From a virus, in IMG/VR virus record IMGVR_UViG_3300017991_000051, positions 32,001 through 96,000 of that record: 64,000 bases of DNA. One strand, written 5' to 3'. A program made the translations under genes and the position numbers. Of the stretch, positions 24,748-33,176 are shown in pieces (position 1 is the stretch's first letter; each line of letters begins with the position of its first letter). The notes below the pieces were generated by a model. That model did not search any database and was not told where the DNA came from. It worked only from the letters and a program-made list of their open reading frames with translations.

Positions 24748-26204
24748 AAATCAGCCCCTTTCACGATTTCCCACTTGTTCTTCCTGTACGTTGTCATTCG
24801 TCGCTTGGCGCGACTATTGGCCCACGTATCCCACTGGTCGATCGAATCGATCAGCAAACCGAACTCCTTGTCGTCGTGCAGCCTGCTGTTGCGTCCGCCC
24901 CACTGCGTGGCCGTAATAGGACTCGGCTCGCCGGACATGTTCGCCACGACGTCTAGGTGAACGAAGTCAACGCCCTCGCCCCAGCATCCGGTGGCGATGA
25001 CGCTCCGCAGCCTGCCATCCTCGAAGTCCTTGAGCATATTGTCGCGTTGCGCGGTCGTCAGCGGCTTGAAACCGTCCGGTAACAGGCCCTGCGCGCGCAG
25101 CGCAGACTGCCTGCCCTTGTCCATGCCGGCGTATACGACCTCGAAACCCGGCAGGTGTCGAGCCATCCGGAACGCGTGCTCCGTAGTCTCCGTCAGAACC
25201 AGTGTCTGCGGGTTCTTGATCCCGCACTTCTCCGGCCATGTGAGGAGAGCATTCGCGAATCGCGAATTGCGAACCTCGTTGCGCCAGTAGCACCAACGCT
25301 TTTTCGCCGGCTTGGTCTTCCGATCGCAGCTACGGATACGACAGCAGCCGGACGGCATATCCACCATCGCTACCTTGATCTTCGCGATCAGGCCGTGCTC
25401 TGCCGCCTCCTCGTACGGGATCCGGTAGATTATCGGACCGAGTAACACCTCCATCGACAGGTCCGCCCCGTCCGAACGGCCTTTGGGCGTCGCCGTCATC
25501 CCGAATATCTTGACGGGATTCCGGATACGCGCGATGTCGCCGGATATCCTCGGCGCGGCCACCCTGTGACATTCGTCAATCAGGAGGATGTCGCACTGCT
25601 CGGGATTGGCGTGCATGATACTCTGGTAGGTACTGAGCGTAACGCGCCGCGGATCCTTCTGTCCGCCGCCGACACGTCCCACCTGTGTCGTAATGTTCAG
25701 CATACGTCGGTAGGTCCCGCGCAGTAGCGCCGTGGACGGCGAGGCCATGATGATATTCGCCTTCGGATACAACGCCGCGAGCGCCAGCATGATGAACGTC
25801 TTTCCGTACGCCGTCGGCGCTACGATCACGCCGCTCCCCTTCCCGATCAGATGGGCGAGAATCTCGTCCTGCTTCAGTCGGAACTGTAGCTCCGGCATGC
25901 ACATCTTCAGATGCTCGTAATCCGGCTCCAGATTACGCTCCGATCGTAGATCCTCGTACACGCATGGCACCTTGTAGCGCTTGAATGTATCAATGACGAG
26001 CTGCAACGCGCCCTGCGTGGTGTAAAGCTTGTTCCCATCCACGCGGTACAGGTCACGTTTACGAATGAGCATACTGCGATCGGCAGCATGTGGGTCGTAG
26101 TTCATGTACCGATGGTTGTAGCTGAGTACAGGATCCAGCAGGTCCTGCATGGCGGGAATGATTTCCAAGACGTTGCCCGAGCGCCTGATCCTTACTGGCT
26201 CCAT
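24744..26204 (-). CDS. SF2 (DEAH) helicase, UvsW/Rad25-like
   Basis: APTAYGKT, LLIDECH, GMTATP, GEGVD, QWGGRNSR. Confidence 0.9.
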   Translation of the reverse strand: MEPVRIRRSGNVLEIIPAMQDLLDPVLSYNHRYMNYDPHAADRSMLIRKRDLYRVDGNKLYTTQGALQLVIDTFKRYKVPCVYEDLRSERNLEPDYEHLKMCMPELQFRLKQDEILAHLIGKGSGVIVAPTAYGKTFIMLALAALYPKANIIMASPSTALLRGTYRRMLNITTQVGRVGGGQKDPRRVTLSTYQSIMHANPEQCDILLIDECHRVAAPRISGDIARIRNPVKIFGMTATPKGRSDGADLSMEVLLGPIIYRIPYEEAAEHGLIAKIKVAMVDMPSGCCRIRSCDRKTKPAKKRWCYWRNEVRNSRFANALLTWPEKCGIKNPQTLVLTETTEHAFRMARHLPGFEVVYAGMDKGRQSALRAQGLLPDGFKPLTTAQRDNMLKDFEDGRLRSVIATGCWGEGVDFVHLDVVANMSGEPSPITATQWGGRNSRLHDDKEFGLLIDSIDQWDTWANSRAKRRMTTYRKNKWEIVKGADL

Positions 26205-26208
26205 GTGG

Positions 26209-26685
26209 TTACGACTCCTCCTGTGCCGGATGGTCGGCTTTCGCAAACGGTGCGGGCTGTGTCAAGGCCGAAACCTCAAACCGTCCGTACCCGTCCTGCC
26301 AGCCGTAGGGGGAAATACCCCTATACTCCCCGGCCAAATTGATGATGGTCCTGAATTCATTCGGCGGCAGACCGTTGGGCAGCATCGCCCTGATCACGAT
26401 TTCGTCGCCCGTCATAAATGCTTCATGCTCCGTCCACCTGTTCGCCGCGTAGAAGCGTTTGAACCGCTGGACGTGCCCCTCGATACGCGAGTTCATACGC
26501 ACCTGTCGCACCAGCTTCTGATGCTTGCCGAACGCCTTGGCCCCGTACACGAGGATTCTCCGCCACCAACTGGCCATGAATATGACGGCGCCGCTTCCAT
26601 CACGCTCGAACCGATCGTAGTCCGGCCGGCGGATGCCGCCGAGGCAGGGAGTTATGAATTTGATCTTGACTGCAACTTCTTTCAT
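26209..26685 (-). CDS. stand-alone RAMP-like protein 2
   Basis: N-terminal IKFITPCLGG strand and C-terminal G-rich loop AGEYRGISPYGWQDGYGRFEV. Confidence 0.7.
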   Translation of the reverse strand: MKEVAVKIKFITPCLGGIRRPDYDRFERDGSGAVIFMASWWRRILVYGAKAFGKHQKLVRQVRMNSRIEGHVQRFKRFYAANRWTEHEAFMTGDEIVIRAMLPNGLPPNEFRTIINLAGEYRGISPYGWQDGYGRFEVSALTQPAPFAKADHPAQEES

Positions 26686-26702
26686 TGTCGTCTTTCTCCC
26701 TC

Positions 26703-26800
26703 GCGGGTGTGTGGACGGCGTGGCATGACGCCCCACCGTCCCCCCGCATCGCGTAGCTGCGCCTCGCCGTGCCGGGCCTAGCCCCGCCTGGCTATGCAGC
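26703..26800 (-). ncRNA. candidate guide RNA: 5-nt periodic NN-GGC tract plus 3' hairpin
   Basis: Minus strand reads GC-TGC AT-AGC CA-GGC GG-GGC TA-GGC CC-GGC AC-GGC GA-GGC GC-AGC TA-CGC GA-TGC (26800-26746), followed by a stem-loop at 26747-26703. Confidence 0.65.
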
Positions 26801-26813
26801 GTTTATTCAAAAA

Positions 26814-27380
26814 TCACGACCAGCGTGTTACATGAAACTTGCCGAACACGCCCCGGTACGTACCGAGGCCGATCAGCGCGCCCCCCTGCTCGAACAACCA
26901 CTTAACCTCGTGTTCATCGATATCCTTCGACTCCAACATGGTCAGGTTGAACTCGAGCGCCCACGGCAGATTCACTACCGGCCGTGGTTTCGGGTTCGGT
27001 ATTCCATGCTTCAGCCGCGGCGTCGCCCGACTTAGCACGATCCCGTTCTTGTCGAATCCCTTAAACACTATACGCTTGCCCTTCCGTGTCAAGGGGATAA
27101 GAAACGGGTCGATGGTAACGACGCCCCGCAGCTTCGTAGCCTTCCGCTTGTACTGCTTTTCCGGGTACAGCAGTTTCGCTGCACTCGTCGTATGCTCTGC
27201 GCATATGAAGCTCATGATGTTCAATGCCGGTATCACCAAACTCTTCCCGTCCGCATCAAAATAGAATTTCTTGTCAGGCGGGAGTTGTACAGCGTTGTCC
27301 CCGCTGTAGGGATCGAACATGATGTCGACAAAGCCCTCGAGCTTCACTCGTCGCGTAATCACTTTCACCGGTGTCGGCAT
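26814..27380 (-). CDS. stand-alone Cas7-like RAMP protein 1
   Basis: VKLEGFVDIMFD, LVIPALNIMSFI, RPVVNLPWALEFNL and G-rich loop GGALIGLGTYRGVFGKFHV. Confidence 0.8.
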   Translation of the reverse strand: MPTPVKVITRRVKLEGFVDIMFDPYSGDNAVQLPPDKKFYFDADGKSLVIPALNIMSFICAEHTTSAAKLLYPEKQYKRKATKLRGVVTIDPFLIPLTRKGKRIVFKGFDKNGIVLSRATPRLKHGIPNPKPRPVVNLPWALEFNLTMLESKDIDEHEVKWLFEQGGALIGLGTYRGVFGKFHVTRWS

Positions 27381-27491
27381 CGTCTTTCTCCTCCTCACGA
27401 CTATGCATCTGCTCCAAGCGTCTACTCAACGACGCAGCGATTGATAAGCCGCGTCGTTTCGTTGCACGTTTCTGTTGCTTACACTTCACGA

Positions 27492-27755
27492 CTATGCCCC
27501 CTCGTCGGGCGGCGCTTTCAACTCCCCTTTGTTGATCGCGTCACGGAGCACCTTCTTGATGTCGGTGCCCTCCGGATCGTTGTACCACGTCGATAGATCA
27601 CGTACGTCGAACGCCTCGTCCTCCCCATGCCACGGTAGCAGGCAGTACCAGAACTCGCGAGGACCCTGATCCACATCGTCGTTCTTATACGAATGGTATA
27701 TCGTTACGCCTTTATGAGTTAGAAACTCGTACGCGTCAACCCACATCATCGGCAT
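27492..27755 (-). CDS. hypothetical phage protein
   Basis: FLTHKGVTIYHSYKNDD...FDVRDL. Confidence 0.7.
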   Translation of the reverse strand: MPMMWVDAYEFLTHKGVTIYHSYKNDDVDQGPREFWYCLLPWHGEDEAFDVRDLSTWYNDPEGTDIKKVLRDAINKGELKAPPDEGA

Positions 27756-28129
27756 CAGATCACCCCCTGCTCTTCCAGTTCCGCGGCGATGACGCTCTCG
27801 TGCTCCAAGATGTAGGCTTCGAGCGCCGGCCACTCCTCATGCAGCCAATCCTTGCCCAGGAGCCAGTCGAGATACGATGCAGGGACATCCCTCATCTTCG
27901 TACCCTTGTGCTTGCCGAACGGCATGGTATCGTCGTCCGTCAGAGGCGTTACGACCTCCTCCTGCTCCAATCGCTCGGAGACGTTGATGTACTCCACCAC
28001 CGCCGGCCAGTCACTGGTCCACTCCTGCTTCATAAACCAGCGCAGGTACTGCGTAGGGACCTCCCCCATGGGGACGCCCTTGTGTTTCCCGAACGGCATC
28101 GGGTCCGCCGCTGTCAATATGTCCGACAT
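27755..28129 (-). CDS. tandem DUF3820-like (MPFGKHKG) domain protein
   Basis: Two copies of MPFGKHKG..(M)..VP..YL.W. Confidence 0.8.
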   Translation of the reverse strand: MSDILTAADPMPFGKHKGVPMGEVPTQYLRWFMKQEWTSDWPAVVEYINVSERLEQEEVVTPLTDDDTMPFGKHKGTKMRDVPASYLDWLLGKDWLHEEWPALEAYILEHESVIAAELEEQGVI

Positions 28130-28146
28130 CTTCAACTCCTGTTATA

Positions 28147-28218
28147 TGGTGGGCGGGGATGGATTCACACCACCGACCTCCGGGTTGTAGCCCGGCGCTC
28201 TTACTGAGCTACCCGCCC
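28147..28218 (-). tRNA. atypical tRNA or pseudo-tRNA (Val-like body, 6-nt anticodon loop)
   Basis: GGGCGGG/CCCGCCC acceptor + ACCA, GCTC/GAGC D stem, CCGGG-CTACAA-CCCGG, T arm GGTGG-TGTGAAT-CCATC. Confidence 0.7.
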
Positions 28219-28224
28219 GTAATA

Positions 28225-28515
28225 TTACTTCACATGCTCACAGAAACCCTTTTCGTTCGGGGCTCCCCATTTACGCGTCTTGTTGATCTCGTGCTTTTTC
28301 CGAGCCTCCTCGTACAGATCGTAACCGCATTTGTGGGCATGATGCAGTAACAGCAGGAGACAGTCTGCGCCTTCTTCGGGCGCATTCGATTCCAACAACT
28401 CGTCAACCTCGGTCTTAAGATGTTCGACGATGCCCGCCTTCGTTGACTGCGGAAAGGTCTTCTCAGCCCACTCTCCTTTGTCCCTCTGAAAATCTGCTGG
28501 TGACATACCATCCAT
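28225..28515 (-). CDS. MazG-like / DUF550 nucleotide pyrophosphohydrolase
   Basis: WAEKTFP...HLKTEVDEL...EEGADCLLLL...KHEINKTRKW. Confidence 0.75.
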   Translation of the reverse strand: MDGMSPADFQRDKGEWAEKTFPQSTKAGIVEHLKTEVDELLESNAPEEGADCLLLLLHHAHKCGYDLYEEARKKHEINKTRKWGAPNEKGFCEHVK

Positions 28516-28530
28516 GTGTAGCTCCCTGAC

Positions 28531-28562
28531 GTTGGGGCGGCACGATAGCGTACCGCCCCAAC
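28531..28562 (-). terminator. intergenic hairpin after the SbcC-like gene
   Basis: GTTGGGGCGG...CCGCCCCAAC. Confidence 0.45.
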
Positions 28563-28565
28563 CGT

Positions 28566-30731
28566 TTAACTCAGTTCAATAAGCGTCTCGAAACAGGGTT
28601 TCATCTCCTTGTGGTGCGTGACCACAATCGTCTGCACCCCCGACTCACGGCTCACCTGATGGATCTGTTCTATCAGTTCCCCCATGTACGCCACGTTGTC
28701 GTCGTCCATAGACGCCGTTGGCTCGTCGAGTACGAGCAGCCCCATATCCTTCGCGAACAGTTCGTTGATCGCGAAACGGATTGCGACGGAGAGCACACAA
28801 CGCTGTCCACCGCTAAGCCGTCCTGCGCTGTTCGCCGCATACCCGTTGGGGAATATGCACTGCAGGTCCATATCGCGGGCGATACGCACCGCGAATGGGT
28901 TGCCGAACATGTCCAGGAACTTGTTACACAGTCTGTCCAGCTCACCGATGTAGGAGAACAGGACCTCCTGCGGAAGCCTGTCGCGGTGTAGGGTATCCCT
29001 CACCGTATTCAGTAGTTCCCTGTACTCGCGGACTGCTGTCGCCTGCTCCGCGAGCTTCGCCGTACGCTCCTCGTCGGCTGTCAGTCGCTGGATCTCCTCA
29101 CTCTTTGCCTTGAGCTGTCCACCGGCCGTCGCCTTGTCGATCGTGAGCTGGGTATGCTGAGTTTTCTCCGCTTCAGCAGCCTTTGCAGCTTCAACAGCTG
29201 GCATTGTCGCCACAACTTGTGCAAGCGACTCGCACTGCTCCTGGAGGGCCGTGACCCGCGCTTCCGAGGCCGCTTGGGAGGAACGTAGCGAACCGGAATC
29301 ATCTTCCAGGTTCCTAATCTCCGATAGTAACGCATCGTATTCTCCCAGCTTGAGCCGTAGCTCATTACCACGTTTGGGGTCCGGCGCCGGCACCTCCGGC
29401 AGCCCCGCCAACGTCTCGTTCAATGACTTCAGACGCTTCGTCGCCTGATCCACCCATGCCAAATGCTTAGCCGTCTCGGACTTGAATGACTGTTCCGCCT
29501 GCTGCAACCTCGCGATCTTGCCATTGAGGTCATCCAGCTGCGGCGCCATCGTCGCCAGTCGTGCTGTACAATCCTGCTTCTCCGTCTCCGGGTCGTCGAA
29601 CTGCTTCCCGCACGTCGGGCACACGCCGCCCTGTTGCAGAACGCTCAGCACCTTACGCAGGGCCGTCACGTCCGCTGACAGAGTATCGCGCTGTGCCTGC
29701 AACGCCGGCAACTCCGACCACGGCTTACCGCAGTCATCGGGCGCTCCCGCGGAATCGATTTCCGACAGCAACTCCTTCAGTTCCGCGTCCGTCTTCTGCC
29801 TCGTGGCGTAAACGTTCTGGTTCTGATCCATCGTCGCCAGCTCAGCTTTCGCCGCCTCGGCTTCCGGTTTCAACGCCTTCTCGGTGTCTAACATCTTAGA
29901 CAGTGCCGTGTCCGTAGTCGCCAACCGCCCAGTCAGCTCCTGTACAGCAGCCTCCCGTTCCGCCAGCTCCGTCGTCAGCGGTACGAGCTTCTTCTCCGCC
30001 TCCTGCGCGTCCGCGTACGTGGCCAGCAGCTTAAGCGCCGCCTCCACATCTATCTTCGCGCGCGCGGCTTCGATCGTCTCGTACTCGCCCTGCAGGATGT
30101 CCCAACCGTCCTTCAACTCCTTGAGCTGCTGACGCATCTCATCCAGTCGGACGGCAACAGCGATCTCCGGAAACCTGTTCATTTCCTGCTGTAGCAGTAC
30201 GCGCAGAGGCTCCGCGCGCTCGACGCCAGGGATCAGGGCCAGAAAGCTCTTCATCCTGTCCGCCTTCTGCTGGAACAGTAATTGTGACAGTTTATCCTGC
30301 GATATGAAGATGTGATCTTCGATGATGCGCGGCGTTAACCCCGTAAGGTCGTCCAAAGCCGCCGTCACCTTCTTGACGCCCGTAATGGGCTTATCCTCCC
30401 CGATCGTGAGCTTGGCCGTCGAGCGGCCGGTCTCCCGGTTCATCGGGTCCCCCTCCACGCGCTTGGCCGTGAAGGTACGTGACACTTCGCCTACCACGTC
30501 GCCCTGCGCAAACGCGCAGGCGACGACGGTCTTATCCGCTTCGAAGTTGATGTTCTCATCGATAGTGTCCTGCGCCATCTTCCCCGTCAGCGCAGTAAAC
30601 GCACCATGCAACGCATTGGACTTTCCAACACCGTTGTTGCCAACGATCCCGTTGGTACCCGGCGAGAAGTCGATCCGTCGCTTCCGGTGCTGACACCAGT
30701 CAGTCAGTTCCAGCCAGTTCAGCCTGAACAT
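28566..30731 (-). CDS. sbcC: SbcC/Rad50 (gp46-like) ATPase
   Basis: GNNGVGKS, Zn hook CPTCG, LSGGQ, LVLDEPT. Confidence 0.92.
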   Translation of the reverse strand: MFRLNWLELTDWCQHRKRRIDFSPGTNGIVGNNGVGKSNALHGAFTALTGKMAQDTIDENINFEADKTVVACAFAQGDVVGEVSRTFTAKRVEGDPMNRETGRSTAKLTIGEDKPITGVKKVTAALDDLTGLTPRIIEDHIFISQDKLSQLLFQQKADRMKSFLALIPGVERAEPLRVLLQQEMNRFPEIAVAVRLDEMRQQLKELKDGWDILQGEYETIEAARAKIDVEAALKLLATYADAQEAEKKLVPLTTELAEREAAVQELTGRLATTDTALSKMLDTEKALKPEAEAAKAELATMDQNQNVYATRQKTDAELKELLSEIDSAGAPDDCGKPWSELPALQAQRDTLSADVTALRKVLSVLQQGGVCPTCGKQFDDPETEKQDCTARLATMAPQLDDLNGKIARLQQAEQSFKSETAKHLAWVDQATKRLKSLNETLAGLPEVPAPDPKRGNELRLKLGEYDALLSEIRNLEDDSGSLRSSQAASEARVTALQEQCESLAQVVATMPAVEAAKAAEAEKTQHTQLTIDKATAGGQLKAKSEEIQRLTADEERTAKLAEQATAVREYRELLNTVRDTLHRDRLPQEVLFSYIGELDRLCNKFLDMFGNPFAVRIARDMDLQCIFPNGYAANSAGRLSGGQRCVLSVAIRFAINELFAKDMGLLVLDEPTASMDDDNVAYMGELIEQIHQVSRESGVQTIVVTHHKEMKPCFETLIELS

Positions 30732-31243
30732 TACTTCTCCTTAGATTTTGTAGCGTTGCTACCCGATTCAGCGAGTTCCAGTTCCATATCCTGTATGGTC
30801 TGCGACACCCAGCTGCCGGTATTGACATATTTCGAATCATTCTTCGTGACCACGACGGCGCCCCCGCCATACGCATCGACACGCGGCTTCGAGCAGGTAT
30901 TCGCCCACTCGAACCCGATAGCGATCGACAGGTCGAACTTCTTCAACGTCGCCTGTATCAACTCGACGCAAACATCGATGTTCGCACACTCGTCGTGATG
31001 GAACCACAACTCCGTCGGACTCTCACGTTCGACTTCGATTCCGTTCCACCATGAAACATTCGCTTGACGCTCTTTCAAGACCGCCGCAAACTCATCGTCT
31101 TCCAACTCACCGTCGGCAACCAACTGAGCGATATCGGTATCATCTTCGATACCATCACCCGCAGCGCGAAGTGCCTCCAGCCAATCACAGGCTTCTTCCG
31201 GCAGCTCCACGATGAAACTCGTCTCCGTATAGTAGTCAGCCAT
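30731..31243 (-). CDS. hypothetical phage protein
   Basis: MADYYTETSF...GFEWANTCSKPRVDAYGGGA. Confidence 0.75.
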   Translation of the reverse strand: MADYYTETSFIVELPEEACDWLEALRAAGDGIEDDTDIAQLVADGELEDDEFAAVLKERQANVSWWNGIEVERESPTELWFHHDECANIDVCVELIQATLKKFDLSIAIGFEWANTCSKPRVDAYGGGAVVVTKNDSKYVNTGSWVSQTIQDMELELAESGSNATKSKEK

Positions 31244-32073
31244 TATTGCGCCTTACAGAAGTTCTCTAGAGTCGGGGACATGTCCTCGTTTCGGTTGGTG
31301 ATGATGTACGGAACGTTCAGGTTCTTGCAGAACGTGAAGCGGTCCATGACCTGCTGATCGTTCGCGCCCTTATCCTCCGCGACCATCAACGCCATCCCGT
31401 GACCCAACTCACCGCGGATCCGATTCGAATCGAATCGCTGGTGGCAAATCAGGTCACAGTACTGCCGATGTGATACAGACGATCGAACCGGATGCAGGTA
31501 CACTGGTGCCTTCGTACGGCCGCGCGTAGCATTGGCCAGAGCAACACCGGTGTTGACGCCAGCGCTTCCGCCCTCGTCATACTCGGAGAGGGGGCAGAAC
31601 ATGACGCTGTATCGCTTCAACAGCTTCACCGTCCGCAGGTAGTCCTCCTCCAGCAAACCATGCGTATACTTTCCGAGGACGCCCTGATCGACGAACGTAT
31701 TCGCGACCACGACGCTGATGCCGGCACGGTTCGCACAAATCACGCGGTCCTCAACCTCTTCCCAGTACTTGTCGTTCCGTTTCAGAGTATTGTTGTCCTT
31801 GTACGGTGCGCCGCTACCGTTCGCTACGTACAGCGGTTTGCCCAGTCCTGGACTTCCGTACGCGACGTACAACGTGATCTTACGCTTCTTATCCTTGGCC
31901 ACCAACTTCTCAAAGTCAGAAAACCTGTTCGGCTGTACCGGCCAGTCGATCGACTTACCGAGGGGGAACCAGCGTTCACCACCACGCTCCCACTTGTCAC
32001 GGCTTACCTTAATCTCGCCGGGCCCAAACCATCCGAGCCACATGCGCCACCACCATCTTTCAAAGCTGTTCAT
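31243..32073 (-). CDS. hypothetical protein, possible glycoside-hydrolase-like TIM barrel
   Basis: 276 aa; weak resemblance only (YWEEVEDRV..AN..GI, LSEYDE, YLHP). Confidence 0.55.
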   Translation of the reverse strand: MNSFERWWWRMWLGWFGPGEIKVSRDKWERGGERWFPLGKSIDWPVQPNRFSDFEKLVAKDKKRKITLYVAYGSPGLGKPLYVANGSGAPYKDNNTLKRNDKYWEEVEDRVICANRAGISVVVANTFVDQGVLGKYTHGLLEEDYLRTVKLLKRYSVMFCPLSEYDEGGSAGVNTGVALANATRGRTKAPVYLHPVRSSVSHRQYCDLICHQRFDSNRIRGELGHGMALMVAEDKGANDQQVMDRFTFCKNLNVPYIITNRNEDMSPTLENFCKAQ

Positions 32074-32317
32074 TCTTCCTCTCCTGTTGTTTCTTCCACT
32101 CACGCATACGATCATGCGCGATACCCACAGTTGCCATCGTCATTTTCTCCCGCAGGGTATCCCACGGGATATCCGTGAACACGAACATCCGATTGCGTTC
32201 CTGTTCCAGTTTGAATTCCGCCTTCTCGTCGGACGTGACCGCCTTGCACAGTTGCTCGAGCGTCTTATCGAACTTCGCGTCCCCTATATGAATACTGTAC
32301 CATTGTCTGTCAGCCAT
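32060..32317 (-). CDS. hypothetical protein
   Basis: 85 aa, coupled to neighbours. Confidence 0.65.
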   Translation of the reverse strand: MADRQWYSIHIGDAKFDKTLEQLCKAVTSDEKAEFKLEQERNRMFVFTDIPWDTLREKMTMATVGIAHDRMREWKKQQERKNEQL

Positions 32318-33176
32318 TTTTCTTCATGTCCTTTACGACCTTGTCAATCCTCTTCAACAGATCCCCGCGGTCGTCGTCCCGCGAGTACCATTTGAGCGCT
32401 GAGCCAACCAGCGCAACGACGTCACTCAAATCGTCGAGCTTGTCCCGGTCGACGAGGCGTGACCTTATATCGTTCTCACGCATCCCGATCAACGCCGGGA
32501 TGGGTATGTTGAGCGTAGCAGATACCGCCCGGAGGACTTCTGCGCCCCCGGGCCCCCCCGCTGCCTCGTCACCCGTCACCTTCGCAACCGCACGTGACAA
32601 CTCCCACCCAAGCGCGTTAACGCGATCCTGGATAGCGCAGTTGTCCTCCAAATCGACGCGGTCCCTGAGCTGGCGGACTTTCCGTGCCGTGAAAGCACCG
32701 GACATGAGTAACGCCTGCACATTGATCGTATCCCAACCGTCGCCGGCCAAGACCTTGGGGGTCTTCACCGTATACCAGCTGTCGGGACCGCGCACGAAAA
32801 GTCCTGCCTTCTCCGGTATATCCGCCTTCTTCAGCAGCCCCTTAGGCGCCGCGAAGTAGAACCGCGTACAGTACGGGAGGTACCGCATCCACTTATCCTT
32901 CCGGAAACTCGAGTTGAAGTCCGACCGCGATACCTTGATATCGTAGATCGTAGGTGCCGGACGTGTATACGACTTGTTGAGCGTAAGCACGTCAGGCACC
33001 GAGACCTCTCCCCGTGTCAGCCACCGACTATCTACTCCGGACTCCGCGAACACGATCTTGTCGTCGAACATGAACGTCGCCAAGTCCCTGAGCAGCGTAT
33101 GGTGTTGCCACTGCGGGCCCTCATACTCCGGCTTCTTTTCCTTCTTACGCGGCAAGGGTAACTCCCATCTTCTCAC
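32310..33176 (-). CDS. MmcB-like PD-(D/E)XK nuclease-domain protein
   Basis: VPDVL...YDIKVSRSDF...KWMRYLPYCTRFYFAAPKGL. Confidence 0.75.
   Translation of the reverse strand: MRRWELPLPRKKEKKPEYEGPQWQHHTLLRDLATFMFDDKIVFAESGVDSRWLTRGEVSVPDVLTLNKSYTRPAPTIYDIKVSRSDFNSSFRKDKWMRYLPYCTRFYFAAPKGLLKKADIPEKAGLFVRGPDSWYTVKTPKVLAGDGWDTINVQALLMSGAFTARKVRQLRDRVDLEDNCAIQDRVNALGWELSRAVAKVTGDEAAGGPGGAEVLRAVSATLNIPIPALIGMRENDIRSRLVDRDKLDDLSDVVALVGSALKWYSRDDDRGDLLKRIDKVVKDMKKNG

Noticed and set aside
6098-28218. Genome-wide TAG recoding with the odd tRNA as an amber suppressor (its loop contains CTA)
   Set aside because: Large genes are intact under the standard code, several genes end in TAG, and CTA is not at the anticodon position of the loop.
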